This document shows, one piece after another, positions 1-12,535 of a stretch of DNA of 64,000 nucleotides. The position numbers and the translations under genes were made by a program. Source of the stretch: Blepharisma stoltei ATCC 30299 (lineage: Eukaryota; Protista; Ciliophora). Each line of letters opens with the position of its first letter. Position 1 is the stretch's first letter. Location of the stretch: NCBI GenBank assembly GCA_965603825.1, contig CBFDEM010000058.1:620001-684000 (forward strand). The letters are read 5' to 3'. The notes below the pieces were generated by a model. That model did not search any database, was not told where the DNA came from, and saw only the letters and a list, made by a program, of their open reading frames with translations.

Positions 1-149
1 TAGCAGCTGCTGAAGAAATTATCCAGAAACTGAGAGCAAAACTATCAAAAACTCAAGATTTAAGCACTTTTGTAGCAAAACTTGATCATCAAATCAACCG
101 TCATAAAAGCAAGATAATCGATATGGGAAAAAATAATTTAAATAACTAG
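1..149 (+). CDS. 3' end of a gene entering the window (coiled-coil-like C-terminus ...AAAEEIIQKLRAKLSKTQDLSTFVAKLDHQINRHKSKIIDMGKNNLNN*)
   Basis: Open frame from position 3 to TAG at 147-149 with helical, protein-like composition. Truncated by the window edge. Confidence 0.55.
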   Translation, partial: AAAEEIIQKLRAKLSKTQDLSTFVAKLDHQINRHKSKIIDMGKNNLNN

Positions 150-159
150 TTATTTTCAA

Positions 160-1821
160 TTAAAACAAAAAACTCCCTCCATGCGAATTGCGAGCAGATT
201 TTGCATGTATTTCGAAACTTCGCTTTTGCTTATGTACAGGCTTAACTATTTCTGTTGACTTAGGGGTTGTTGAAGCTACAGGGATCTTAGAAGCCCCATC
301 CACAATCCAAGGATGCCTTAAAGCTTCTTCAGCCTTAATTCTCACTGCTGGGTCCCATTCCAAGCACTTTTCAATGAAATCCTGAAACAATGCATCAGTC
401 CCATGCAAAATTTCTTTGAGATCTCTTGAGCTTGGATATCTTCTTCTCCCTCTAGAATTTGTAGTAATTTTAGGATACCCTGAAGCGTCAAAAAACATTT
501 TTACTCTTGTGCCTTGCTGAAGAACGTTATAAGGAGGCATTCCTTTTACTTCCATAATGCATTGAAACTGCTCAATTTCAGACTCTCCAGCAAAGAGAGG
601 GGAGCCTGTATAAAGTTCTACTAAAATGCAGCCGAAACTCCAAATATCAATGGCAGACGTATATGGGATCCCTAACATAATTTCAGGTGCCCTATAAAAT
701 CTGCTCTGTATATATGTATAAAGCTTTTGGTTTTCATAGCAAGATGACCCAAAATCAATGACTTTTAAGCTTGACTTATTAGAATGCTTAAGCAAAATAT
801 TTTCAGGCTTCAAGTCACAATGAATCACCCCTAGTCTGTTTGAAACCTTCAAGCACTGCAGTATTTGATATGCAAATCTCCTTATCAACGGCAGACTAAG
901 CCCTTGAAAGTTATTGCTTTTAAGAAAATCATACAAATTTATGCTTAAAAGCTCAAAGGAAATGCACAAATGGTTTCTAAAAACAAAATGGTCCTTTATG
1001 TGGACTATATTGTATCGGTCTTGGGCATCATACTCTTTCAGAGATTTTAAGATTTTTACTTCAACAGCGCCTTGCTGGTGAAATCTCGTTTTATTTCGGA
1101 TGATTTTTAAAGCGACAAATTCTCTCACCTTGTGGTCATATGCTTTGAAAACTTGTCCAAATGATCCTTTGCCAAGTTGCTGACTTATTTCATATCTATA
1201 GCAAATATGCTCCCCAATCGTAAACTTATAGTCCCCTCTTTCATCATCAAACCCATGGTTCGGACCTACCCCGCTACTCGATTTTTCTTCATGTTTTCCA
1301 ATATAATAGATTACATTGTAATCTAAAATCTCCCCTTGCTCTCAATCATTTAAATATGATTTAAACTGTTTTAACACAGAAATCCCTGAAAGCGGCAATT
1401 TTAATTCGTTTGGGGAGTCTGAGATATTTTCTTTCATTTTCTTCTGAGTGCTATTCATAATTTTTGAAATATTTTTGGGGGTTTGGTTAAGTAATTTAGG
1501 AGCCAAAATTGAAGAATTTGAAAAATTTGATTCTTCTTGGGAAATGAGCGTAGTGTTTTGGCTTGAATTTTTGCTGCTGGGGAGTATAGATCTAGAAGTT
1601 GAATGCTGGTTTATTCAGCCATTTGTGGAGGATAAGAACTTTCCTATTGGAAGTGTTGGGACTACTCTTGAAGATTTAGGTGTTTTTTGAATAATAAGAG
1701 AATGATTTTCTTGGACCAATTTAGGTGGATTAGGAGTAATTTCTTGTTTTTTAGATACGCTTGGGATTCTTGATCCTTTTCTTTCGTCGTCAAGCCTCAG
1801 TTGAAGCTTATACTTATTCAT
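160..1821 (-). CDS. DYRK: Class-2 DYRK (dual-specificity tyrosine-regulated) kinase, 553 aa
   Basis: ORFs 1615-1821 and 160-1128 share a frame and join through TGA at 1615 and 1342, with no TAA/TAG between. Motifs: NAPA-like LNDWEQGEILDYNVIYYIG, DH box GFDDERGDY, GKGSFGQV, VALKII, HCDLKPEN, DFGSSC, YTYIQSRFYRAPE. Confidence 0.95.
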
Positions 1822-1916
1822 ATTTAAAAATGCTGAAAAAGTTAACGATATCTAACTGATATTAATTTTGGCATTTTGAGAAGAAAACAGGCTAGATTAA
1901 GAAATTAAATTAAAAA

Positions 1917-3157
1917 TTAGGTAGATCTGCTTATAATTTTGAAGAAATATTCACATTCAAGGATTCCGTCTTCAGGTATGTCAGTACAGTGAACTGCGTT
2001 TTGGACCTTATTTATACCGAATTGCGATCTAATTGATTTCGGCCTTAGACGTTTGGCGACTTCTGGGTCTGCTGGGCCACATAGTTCTCTGAAGCTTTCT
2101 ACTACATTTTCTTGTCTGATTTCCATAGCTATACAAGGACCTGATATAAATTCATCTACAAGACTTCCATATTCAGGTAAAACGTCTTTATAAACCTCTA
2201 AAAATTCTTCTGTAGTCTGTTTATCAAGCTTAAACATTTGTAAAGCTGAAATTTCAAAGCCTTCAGAAAGAATTATATCAATAATTTTACCTGCGTTATT
2301 TATAGCATGGGGTTTTATAATACAGCAAGCACAGTCACTAAGCACTGCAGGGTTTCCTTTCAAGCCAAAAAAAAAGCTAATTTCTGTTATTGCACTAGAA
2401 GGGGAGTCACTTCCGTGCACTGCGTTATGGGTTCCTTCAGTTCCAAAAACAGCCCGCAAGCTTCGTGGTGCATCAATTCTGGCTGTATTAGGATTTGTAG
2501 GGCCTATTAATTCTCGTCATATTGCTACAGCATTTTCTGCGATCAATTCCATGCCAACTACGACATCACTGGATATGAAATTGACTAGATCATCGAAAAA
2601 TGGTTTACCTTGATGTTCAGAGTAGAATTGAACTGCATCATTTAAGGTAAAACGGATCATTTTCATAGAATTTATTGTAAGCCCAGCTTGGATTATAGAA
2701 TCAATAACTCTGCCTATGTGAGTATAGCAGTCTGGCTTGATCATTGCAAAAGTTTTGCCTCTTTGGGATTCAAAATATGACCTAGTGAAGATGTCAGCGT
2801 ATTCAGCTACTTTAAGTTGTCTGGCATAAATATATCATTTTGAGGAAATATAGAGATTTTTATAGAGAATAAGCCAATTTTGAAATAGATATAGGAGATG
2901 CTTATGATTATAGCTGGCATTATGATGCAAGGGATCATAGTAACAGTTGAACCAATGAATAAATCATTTAATGATAAACTGGGGTATTGGCAGCGCTTTA
3001 AGAAAATACGATGATTTTTAATGTCATACTAAGTTTGCAATACCATTTCAATTGTGCTGTTTGCGTAAAAATAAGTAAGCTGATATTTGCGAGTGAGAGA
3101 AGCCTGCTGGTCAAAAAAGTCTACTATGAAGACAAACTGATCTTCTGGATTTGCCAT
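1917..3157 (-). CDS. NME7: Nucleoside diphosphate kinase 7 (DM10 domain + two NDK domains), 372 aa after removing one 15-nt intron (3029-3043) and a 107-bp insertion (2831-2937)
   Basis: MANPEDQFVFIVDFFDQQASLTRKYQL...YDIKNHRIFLKR...DLFIGSTVT/IYARQLKV is DM10-like. It is followed by AMIKPD...NAVHGSDS and IIKPHA...NAVHCTD. TGA at 2517 gives W in AVAIWRELIGP. Exon sum 914+91+114=1119 nt. Confidence 0.92.
2831..2937. other. IES-like insertion (107 bp, TA-bounded, ATA terminal direct repeat) inside the NME7 coding sequence
   Basis: TA at 2831-2832 and 2938-2939. Excision leaving one TA gives gtt act att tat gcc aga (VTIYAR) and restores the frame and the DM10 alignment. The segment has no GT..AG borders. 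Confidence 0.8.
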
Positions 3158-3502
3158 ATAAATATGCAAACTTCTTTAAAATTGCATGGAGTAGTTTTAA
3201 TATTTTAGATAATAAAAATCTAATTTGGTTTTATTGTAATTATTCTAGCATCAGGGCATTTATTAATTCAGTGCAAACCTCAGCTAAGCTTTGAGCTTTT
3301 GAGAAAATAGCGTTAAGAAGATTCCTATGCGAAAATTATAAATTATTTGGTTGTATATGATATCTAATTAGAATATTTTAAAGATTTTAATTAGATATTT
3401 AGTAAATAAACTCATGTCATGTCTGTCTTTCTTGTGTATACAAGATATTTGATATAAAATAAAATTAATAAAAACCTATAGGATTTTTCAATTTCATAGA
3501 AA

Positions 3503-4714
3503 ATGGAAAAGAGAATTAGCTTGAGCCTGAATTTCTTCCCAACTGAGTTTGAAGATGTATTTTATATGTCAAGAAAAGTTCCAAATTTAAAAGCTTTACC
3601 GAAATATCTCTATTTAGCATGATTTGAGTACTTGATATTTTATTTTCCAGAAAGAGTTGAAAATACAATTAATATCCTCAATTCTCACCAATATTCTTGA
3701 ATAAATCTAATCCAAAATATTCTTTTAACTCGCGACTGTAATAAATTGGATAACTTGAGCGCTAGGCAAGACTTCTTCGATTCATTAAGATCTTATTATT
3801 TTTTAAAAAACAAAACAACCTCTGATCTGCTTTTAAGTTTATCTAAATTATTCAAGCTTAAAATTATCAAAATTAGACAAAATCAAAACTTGATAATTTC
3901 TATATATGGAAATCCTTCGTGGTCTAGCTTATTTTTATTTGTTGATCGTAATACAAACTATTCAATATTATACCCATTTTATGATAAAATTGATTTTCTT
4001 AATAATTGAATTGATAGGTTTCCAAGTAACTATCCAGGAATGATTGAATGTGTTTGCTTAAAAAATCATAATCTTTGTAAATGCAGTCAATTGATTCGAT
4101 CTCTTTCAAGCAGCTCAGCAGTCAAAAAGAACAGTGAAGAAAGCAAGCAGGAATTTTCAATATTGCCTGCAGAAAAACAATTTCAAGAAAAATCTCCTAG
4201 AAAATATGAAGATCAAAAAGACTTACCTGATAACCAATATGCTATGCATGATCGTAAAACAAAAATACTAAATTTATCACGAAATCCAAGTAAAATGTAT
4301 GAAAATCGAGTTGAAATGAATCAAATGTTAGCAAAAAATAAAAGTCCAGAAAGGCAACAAGGCTCAATAAATGAGTTGACTAAGAAAGAATGCGGCCACG
4401 AAAAACCATTGTTTAAAAATTTTTGTGGCTGTTTATTGTGCCGATCTTGCTCTCACAATTATATTATAGAGAGAACATGCAAAATTTGTAATGACTCTTA
4501 TTTATTAAAGGATAGGAACGAAAGAGCAGACAGATTTTTGGAACTTAATAATATTAAAAAATTAGAATGCGAGATTTGCACAAAACCAAAAAACCCCTCA
4601 CTTTTAATATTTCTCTTGCCAGAAATGTGTAAAGTATGCAGAAGCATACCCTGTATAAATAAACATATAGGAAAATGCAATTCATGCAAAAAATATTATG
4701 TAGAACCTTGATAA
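3503..4714 (+). CDS. Hypothetical protein, ~403 aa, with C-terminal Cys/His-rich (RING/zinc-finger-like) region
   Basis: ATG 3503 is in frame with ORFs 3746-4009 and 4040-4711 through TGA codons. C-terminal CGH..CGCLLCRSC..CKIC, CEIC..CKVC..C..H..CNSC. Ends TGA-TAA-TAG. Confidence 0.7.
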
Positions 4715-5394
4715 TAGATATTTTACAAAAGAAAATAAAATAAATAAGCACTAAACAATAATTTTTTCATATGAAAATTTTAATCGAAGCTAATAGAACT
4801 CTTTAAATATGATTTCAAGAAAATTAAAAGAGTTCAAAGAATGAGCAGATATAATAACCATTACTATTTATATAAGAGTATTTAATAACTAGTTATAATG
4901 AATTTCATATTGCAGATCCTTTTAATTGCTTGATATATGGTCTTGGTCTAGATTATCTTCAATTTATAGTTTTGCTAATCTGCGATAAATTTAAAAGTAA
5001 ATAACTTCCATTAAGCTAGAGACATTTTTATGCAAAAAAATAAGAAAACAGCAGATAGATATTAAATATTGAAGAAGGCACGACCACCATCAATACACAG
5101 AGCTGTTAAAAGATTATAAATTTTCTTAATGAAATAGAAACCTAAAGTATAGCCCAAGAAAAGCAGAAGAAGATGATTAAATATTGCGAATAATTGTGAA
5201 TAAACTTATTTAAAATTTATTAGAGTTTAAAATTGAGTAAATATAAAGTTTGCAGCTGATAATAGATTTGAATACTATTGTTAAAGAATTTTATTTGTTA
5301 TTTTTCAATTATAAGCGATTATCTCATGATATGAAAGGGAAGGAATGCACTTTTAATAACTTGCTTGATTTCACAAATTATAGTTTCAAATGCA

Positions 5395-5530
5395 CTTAGT
5401 TTGTTAATGTTTTGCATAAGAAAATCTAAAAGTTGATCTAATAAATATAGCCCAGAGCAATTTAAATGCGTTTCTAGTCTGTAATCAGCATAAAAAGACT
5501 TTCATAAAGTTCCAGTATTTTATGCACAAT
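5395..5530. repeat. Partial copy of the duplicated upstream segment (also at ~6180-6310 and ~8853-8990)
   Basis: Shared cttagtttgt...aagaaaatctaaaagttgatctaataaatatagc.cagagcaattt. Confidence 0.8.
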
Positions 5531-6079
5531 CACAAAGTGATATTGCTTCTCTTTTTATCGGACTAGAAATTATCTGGCCTCTAGAATATAATCCTTATAA
5601 TTTTCTCATAATCCAAAATGATTGTTATAAGAAGAAATTGATTTGCAAAAGCACTTGATCTTCCTTCATCATATAAAAACTTCATAGCATACTAAATTCA
5701 CAGCGATTTTGGAGCAATTGTGGGAATTTATTAATTTTATGCTCATAAGAGCATTTTCACTATATATTTTTTCTTTGTCTTGACTTATCATTATTCCTTC
5801 CTTTATCAAGCAAGAACTTGCAACAAAATCTTTTAAAACTCTATATGAGAAAGGTTTATTTCTTATTGTGCTGCTAAAACATTTGAAATGTAGAAATTAA
5901 TATTTATATCTAATAGCTCTTGATCTCTAGCATCTTTATCATTATCGTCATCTGTATCGTCTTCAATCTTTATCTGCTTTGAATCTCTACTTAAATATTA
6001 ATAGGAAACATTATTGATTTATTTGTAGATGAAAGACTTATGTGCTCAGGATTTTGAATAACTGAGAAAACCCATAAAA

Positions 6080-6880
6080 TCATATGGAAATTATATCTAT
6101 AAATTAAAAAAAATACATAAAATCAATTAGCAAAAGTTTATTAATATGATATAAATTAGTGCTATTGCAAAATTGAGGACTTAGTTTGTAAGTGTTTTGC
6201 ATAAGAAAATCTAAAAGTTGATCTAATAAATATAGCCCAAAGCAATTTTAATCTCTAGTCTGTATTCAGTATCAAAGACTTTCATAAATAAGCATCAGTC
6301 TAATTATGCATAAGCAATTTCTTTATATAGACTTGATTAATCTTAAAATAATTCATATTTTGCAAGTATTTAATTGATAACCTGAATATTAAAAAAAATA
6401 TAGTTTATTCATATATATCAAGATTTTAAATCCAATTTTAGATCTCATTATTTCTATTTTTACTTGATTCATTTTCCAAATTTTTATTCAATAATTTACC
6501 CAAGACTAGGCAAAGCTTACTTATTTAGCTATTCTAAACAACATTTTAATTCCACAGATTATTCTATCACATAAATGAATATAAATATTCCAACATATTT
6601 TATTAGATTCACTTTAGTGCTGCATTCCTTTATGAAGCATGCTTAATAATTAATAAGAGCAAGGCATAAAAATGAGGGAAGAAGAATTTGATAAATCATT
6701 TCTCATCTATAGCATCGTTTTCACCTATATAGCCAGTTTTTCATCTGAATTTTTTATTCAGATAGTCGCAATTGCAATAGTTTTAAATATTGATGAAGGC
6801 AGCCGATTAGGTAGTTTCTAAATAGACAAGTATGAGCAGCTGTTAATGGTTTTCTTATTGTAATTTATTCTTTATTAATG
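6080..6880. repeat. ~0.8-kb segmental duplication unit, paralogous to ~8761-9570 and more weakly to ~10180-10700
   Basis: Colinear near-identical upstream and 5' coding sequence, e.g. aattatgcataagca, ttaatcttaaaataattcatatttt, caacatattttattagattc. Confidence 0.8.
6672..6880 (+). pseudogene. Truncated pseudogene copy (A) of the small membrane-protein family
   Basis: The first intron donor is mutated (gaattttttattcag). There is a 10-nt deletion in the GSCDKP codons and a further deletion after intron 2. The 3' half is absent. Confidence 0.75.
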
Positions 6881-7011
6881 CACTATCTATTTCTTCATCT
6901 CCTTCATTTTTCAAAGTTTATCTTTTAATGAATAATTTTGATACTTTATCTCCTATGTAAAAAAATACTCTATTAAAAAAAACCGTTTTATTTTAATTTC
7001 CAAATAAAAAT

Positions 7012-7527
7012 ATGAATCAAGTTGTGCAAGTGAAACCCAAAGGAGTTATGGGTAAATCAGCAAGCATTTATAGAATAATATTTTCTATCGTTTTTAACCT
7101 CGCTTTTGTATATTTTATTTAGGTGATTGCAGTCGCAATTGTTCTGGGAGCTGATGATGGCTCTTGTGATAAGCCGATAAGGTAAATTTCACATAGGAGA
7201 TATCTTATTATCTGGGTAGTCGTCAACGGCGCTCGTATACCTATTTTTGTGCTTGCCTGAACCCCACAAATAAATAGAAATATCAGAGACACCTTAGTTT
7301 GCGTAATTTTTGTACCTGGAGAATGCTTCAATTTTACGTTGATGATTGTTGGGAGTGTGTGGGAGTTTACAAGCGATAGTTGCTATGATGAATTTTACAA
7401 TGGTTGGGCTATGACTTTGGCAGTTTTGATTTTCGAGTATGTTAAGATTGGTTTAGCTTGCCTTGTGGTATGTGGTGTTAGAGTCTTTACTGGAGGGTCA
7501 TTTCTAGAACTTTTTAAGAAAGGCTAG
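7012..7527 (+). CDS. Small multi-pass membrane protein (copy B), motifs SCDKPIR.YLI.W and MIVGSVWEF.SD.CYDEFYNGW
   Basis: Intact frame after splicing 15-nt introns 7108-7122 and 7182-7196 and reading TGA as Trp. The pattern resembles the TM module seen N-terminal to some membrane RING E3 ligases, but no RING is present. Confidence 0.8.
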
Positions 7528-9351
7528 AATAATGTAACTAATCTGACAATACATGATAACTTAAAAACTAAAAGCATTCGTCTGAAAAGCAACCGAATAT
7601 AAAAAATTAATTAGAAAAACAATTAGACTGAGCCTAAAAATCATATAGATTGAACTCTCAACAATCGATAAGATATAATTAGAATTTTGTTTTTATAATA
7701 ATGATGGTTTTATTTTTATAAGTCAATCAGATAAGAAAAGATACCCAATACTGATAGTTTGTAACACCCATTAGTGGATTCTTTATTCTTCTCAAACAGT
7801 GCTCAGTGCTTGATACAAAGAGTCAAAAGAAATAGGCCTCCATTTTGCACATCACATTACTTAAGCAATAATGAGTTCTATTGGGCTTCTCTATACCTTA
7901 AGAGAAGAGGAAATTCTAGAGCCTTTTTAAAAGACTAACTATAAGGTCATAAGCTGAGGAGCTGAAATTAGTGAAAAATCAGACATATAGAAGCAGAAAG
8001 TCTCTAATTATCTCTGTATTAGCTTAGGCCCTAAGTGGTATGCGTGAATCCATGTGATATTCGTTATTCCCAATTGTTTCACTTTGAAATTTTCCTATTT
8101 TTAATAATAGTCATATATAAAAATCTATAGGCTTAATCCTAAATTTCAATCTGTTTAGAAGTTTTAATATTAAAAATTAAGAGTGAGCAACAAACATTGA
8201 TTAATGTAAAATTGTTTTATTCTTCATGTACACCCACAAAACCCTAGGAGAAAAGTAATTCTAAATTTTCTAAATTATGCACCTCATTATGCGGGAATCA
8301 AACTGAATTCTATTAAATAAAAGCATGGCTAGGCAAGGATAGAATTCTACCCATATTTGAATAAGAAGAGGCGACGCCCATAATTTGAGATTTAATTTAG
8401 AAAATAAAATACAATTTTTTACTATCGAAATATTTATTTCGGTTTTATATAAAAATAAAAATAAATTTTTTAATTGAACTAGGTTTAATGCATTAATAGA
8501 TAAAATATGGAGAACAGGAAATTATTAAAGAAGAAACTCCAAACTAACCAAGCTTCATCAATATTATAGCATTTTATATGGTTTTAGGTTAGTTTGCTTG
8601 CTATCTGTATTTTTGAGCAGTTTAAAGGAGACCAATTAATGGTTAAAGATTCCAACAAAAGAAATGAAGCTTCGGTTACAGGAAAGAAACGAATTTGAAT
8701 GAAAAGGAAGAAATTAATAGGTAAAATATTAGTATCTTATAAAAGTTCTAATTAAAACGATAAATCATGTAGAAATTATAACTATAAATTAAAAAAATGC
8801 ATACAATCAATTAAAAAAAGTTGATTAATATGATATAAATTAGTGCAATTGACTTAGTTTGTAAGTTTTTACACAAGAAAATCTAAAAGTTGATCTAATA
8901 AATATAGCTCAGAGCAATTTCAATGAGTCCCAAGTCTGTATTCAGCATCAAAAGGCTTTCATAAAGAAGTTCCAGTCTAATTATGCATAAGCACTTATTT
9001 ATCCTGTAATTATACAGACTTTATTAATCTTAAAATAATTCATATTTTTCAAATTATTAGCTGTTGATAACCTGAATATGAGAAAAAGATAATTTATTCA
9101 TATATGCCAAGACTTTTAAGTCAATTTTAGATCTGATTGCTTCTATTTTACTTGATCCATTTTACAAATTTTTATTTCAATAATTTACCCAAAACTAGGC
9201 AAAACTTGCTTATTTATGCTACTCTAAATATAATTTTATTTCCGCAGCCATATAAATCAATAAATATTCTAACATATTTTATTAGATTCGTTTTAGTGCT
9301 GCATTCCTTTATGAACATATTTAATTGCTAATAAGAGCAAGGATAAAAATT

Positions 9352-9849
9352 ATGGAAGAAGAATATATCAAGCTATTTCTCATTTGAAACCTAGCTTTCA
9401 CCTTTATAGCTAATTCTCCGTTTGTATTTTTTATTCAGATACTTGCAATTGCAATAGTTTTAAACATCGATGATGGTTCTTGTGATAAGCCGATTAGGTA
9501 GTTTCTAAATAGGCAATGACTCATTGTATGAGAAGCTGTTAATTGTTTTCTTATTGTAATTTTTTCTATATTAATAATAGAGAAAATCAATAAAAAAATC
9601 CAAAAATTCCTGCTTATTTTTATTTTCATACCTGGAAGACTCTTTAGCGTTGCGTGAGTGATTGTTGGGAGTTTATGGGAGTTTAAAAGTGATGACTGCT
9701 ATGATGATTTTTACAACGGCTGGGCTTTAAATTTAGCAACATTAATTGTTGATTATATCAGTATTGGAGCATTTTTCTGCTTACTATGCTACATTGGCAT
9801 GTGTTCTTGTCTTACTCACATGTTTAGAGGATGGAAAATTACATTTTAA
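9352..9849 (+). CDS. Small multi-pass membrane protein (copy C)
   Basis: Intact frame with 15-nt introns 9424-9438 and 9498-9512 and several TGA-Trp codons. Same motifs as copy B. Confidence 0.8.
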
Positions 9850-10440
9850 AATAAATAATCAATTAATCGTAAAATGAACTTTAGCAATATTAATTATTGA
9901 TTATTTTAGCATTGTACTCATTTCCTTCTTACTATACTTTTATTTTATATGTTCTTCTTGGATGAAAAAACGAGGGCTAAATTCTTGAAGCACTCAATAG
10001 AGTAAATTCCACATATGAGATGGCTAATTGTATCGTATTTGTCAAGGGTATTTTATATTTGGTTTTGATATACACCCTTGTCGAAAGAATAAAAAAATCA
10101 GCGTTTATGGAAAATATAAAAATATTCTCCAATAAAGAAATTAAGCAATAACTTTGCACTTAGATATTAATCATACTATATTTTATTATTTTAAGTAGTA
10201 TTTACTCAAATCTTAATAAAATAAGTAACAAATAGGCAAAAAATTTTACTAATATTTTTCACTTATTTCGAGTGTATAAAGCCATATTCTATCTATATTT
10301 GGATAAGAAGATTCAAGACTCCATAGCTTATTTAGGCCATTCTAAATAGCATATTTATTTCTGTAGATTATTTTATCATATAAATAAATATAATACTCCG
10401 GCATATTTTATTAGATTCATTTAGTAATATAAGTAAAAAT

Positions 10441-11117
10441 ATGGGAGAGGAAAAATCAGGTGCCGAACTCCAAGGAGCCGAAATATTAAAGAAGTGAAGC
10501 AAATCATTTTCCATTATAAACATATCTTTCACCTTGTTTGTCAACTTTTCGTTTGTATTTTTTATTCAGATAGTAGCAATTGCTATAGTTTTAGGAATTG
10601 ATGAAGGCTCTTGTGATAAGCCGATTAGGTAGTTTCTAAATAGACAATGACTTATTGTATGGGCAATTGTTAATTGGTTTACTATAATAATTTATACTTT
10701 ATCACAGACAAAAAAATCAACGAAAAATTCCGAAATTTCCTGTTTAGGTATATGTTCACGGCTGGGGGATTCTTTAACTTTGCGTGAATGATAGTTGGAA
10801 GTGTATGGGAGTTTGAAAGCGATGGCTGCTATGATGATTTTTACAACGGCTGGGCTTTAACTTTAGCAATATTAATTGTTGATTATGTGAGCATTGGATT
10901 AGTTTGCTGCTTGCTAAGCTGCTTTTGTATATGCTCTGGAGCAGTGATTTTTGGGATGAGCAAACTAAATAAAGATATTATGCTCGAAGAACTAGAAAAG
11001 AATTTGAAAGAGGCGCAAAAAGAGATGCAAAAAGAGGTAGAACGAGAGCGTGAAAATCTAGCTAAAGCAAACGCTGAATTAAATAAAAAAGAAGGGCAAG
11101 AAGAAAATCAGGCTTAA
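10441..11117 (+). CDS. Small multi-pass membrane protein (copy D) with C-terminal coiled coil and an apparent 1-nt deletion in the A7 run at 10710-10716
   Basis: Introns 10555-10569 and 10629-10643. Alignment to copy C needs 8 A's to stay in frame, so this is either a homopolymer assembly error or a recent pseudogene. Confidence 0.65.
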
Positions 11118-12535
11118 AATTAATAGCCACCATTTAGATCAATTAATTTATAATTGAAATATTTAGCTTTCGATTAAAAAGGCTAAATATTAAAGCAAAG
11201 ATCTATATTTTTGCTGATAAAGCTAACTTACTTATAAATATTAATTTCTAAAATAAAATATTTTTTTAGTTCTTATATTTTCAATCATATTATTCAACTG
11301 GTGCATATTTAATTCAGATCATGAATGGCATATTTTGACTAATTATTAGCTAAACAAACTAAAACACTAATTACTCAGCTGCATTTGTAATTTACGATGA
11401 TTGAGAGTTCAATCAATATTTACATTTAGTGTACTTAGGGTCCAATTCAACATATAATAAATGCCCAATAATGGCAGTCAATATGACATCATCGGGCAAC
11501 CTATATATTAAATTTAGAGCTTTACTCTATTTATTGGCTTATAAAAATCTTACTTAATGGGCAATCTTTTGTTTTGAAAGCGCTATTAATTCTCTTATTT
11601 TTAATATTTTTTACAATTGCAATCAAAGTCTTAAATTTTAAAAATAGTTTAAATAGGTTCCAACTATAAAGAAATTGCCTTAAAAATTAAACTTACACAA
11701 GAATAAGCTTATTTATGAAATATAGCTCGTAATTCTTAGCCAAATCTGTCATTTCCTATTTATTAATAAGCGGCGTTAAAATTTTTTCAAAAATGATCAA
11801 AGTGCAAAATCTTCTTTGAAAAATATTAATTTTTCTCCAGCAACTCACTCTCGTTCATAATTTGCCTTAAAAGGTAATTTCTATAACTAATTTGAATTAA
11901 AAATAAAATTAGATTTTATTTAGGTATTTTATAAAATTTCAATAAATGCAAGTCTGATCTAGTTTTATAATCCTGCTATGCAGGATTATATAGCAGCAAT
12001 ATCAGCATAAAAGGGCTAGGCGCTTAAAATAAGAAGATTAAATTAGGATCAAACATATCGGGAAATTATTAAGCCTTAGGTTGATAGTTTCAATAGTGGG
12101 ATTAATTAAGATCTCGATTTCTGGATTAGTTATAAATCAAATCAAAAGCAAACTCATTTATTGATTCACAGATATATCCTGAATTATAAAATTATTAAAG
12201 TCTTTCAAAATAGCTAGGAATGACGAAAATGCAAATACGGTATTTTGACAACTAGAGGAAGGAACAAGAAATTATGGTTGCAAAATTACTAGGAATTTGC
12301 ATTAAAAACAATTTCTTAACATTTGGAAACTTAATAATCATAATTCTCGCTACTCATTTTAGCTTTTTTTTTTACAAGAGAATCGTGCAAATCTAATCTT
12401 TTCGTTTTCTACCTTTTGATTCGCCTTCATAAGCACTAAACCTCCAGGTTGTTAATTTCTTCAAATGAAGATTCCAGTCATTTAATATTTCTTAATGCTA
12501 ACTTTACTAAAACAAAAAATTATAATAATCATACA

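Noticed and set aside
2821-2944. NME7 insertion as a spliceosomal intron
   Set aside because: The nearest GT..AG pair (124 nt) deletes conserved residues and yields an immediate stop, and all other introns here are 15 nt.
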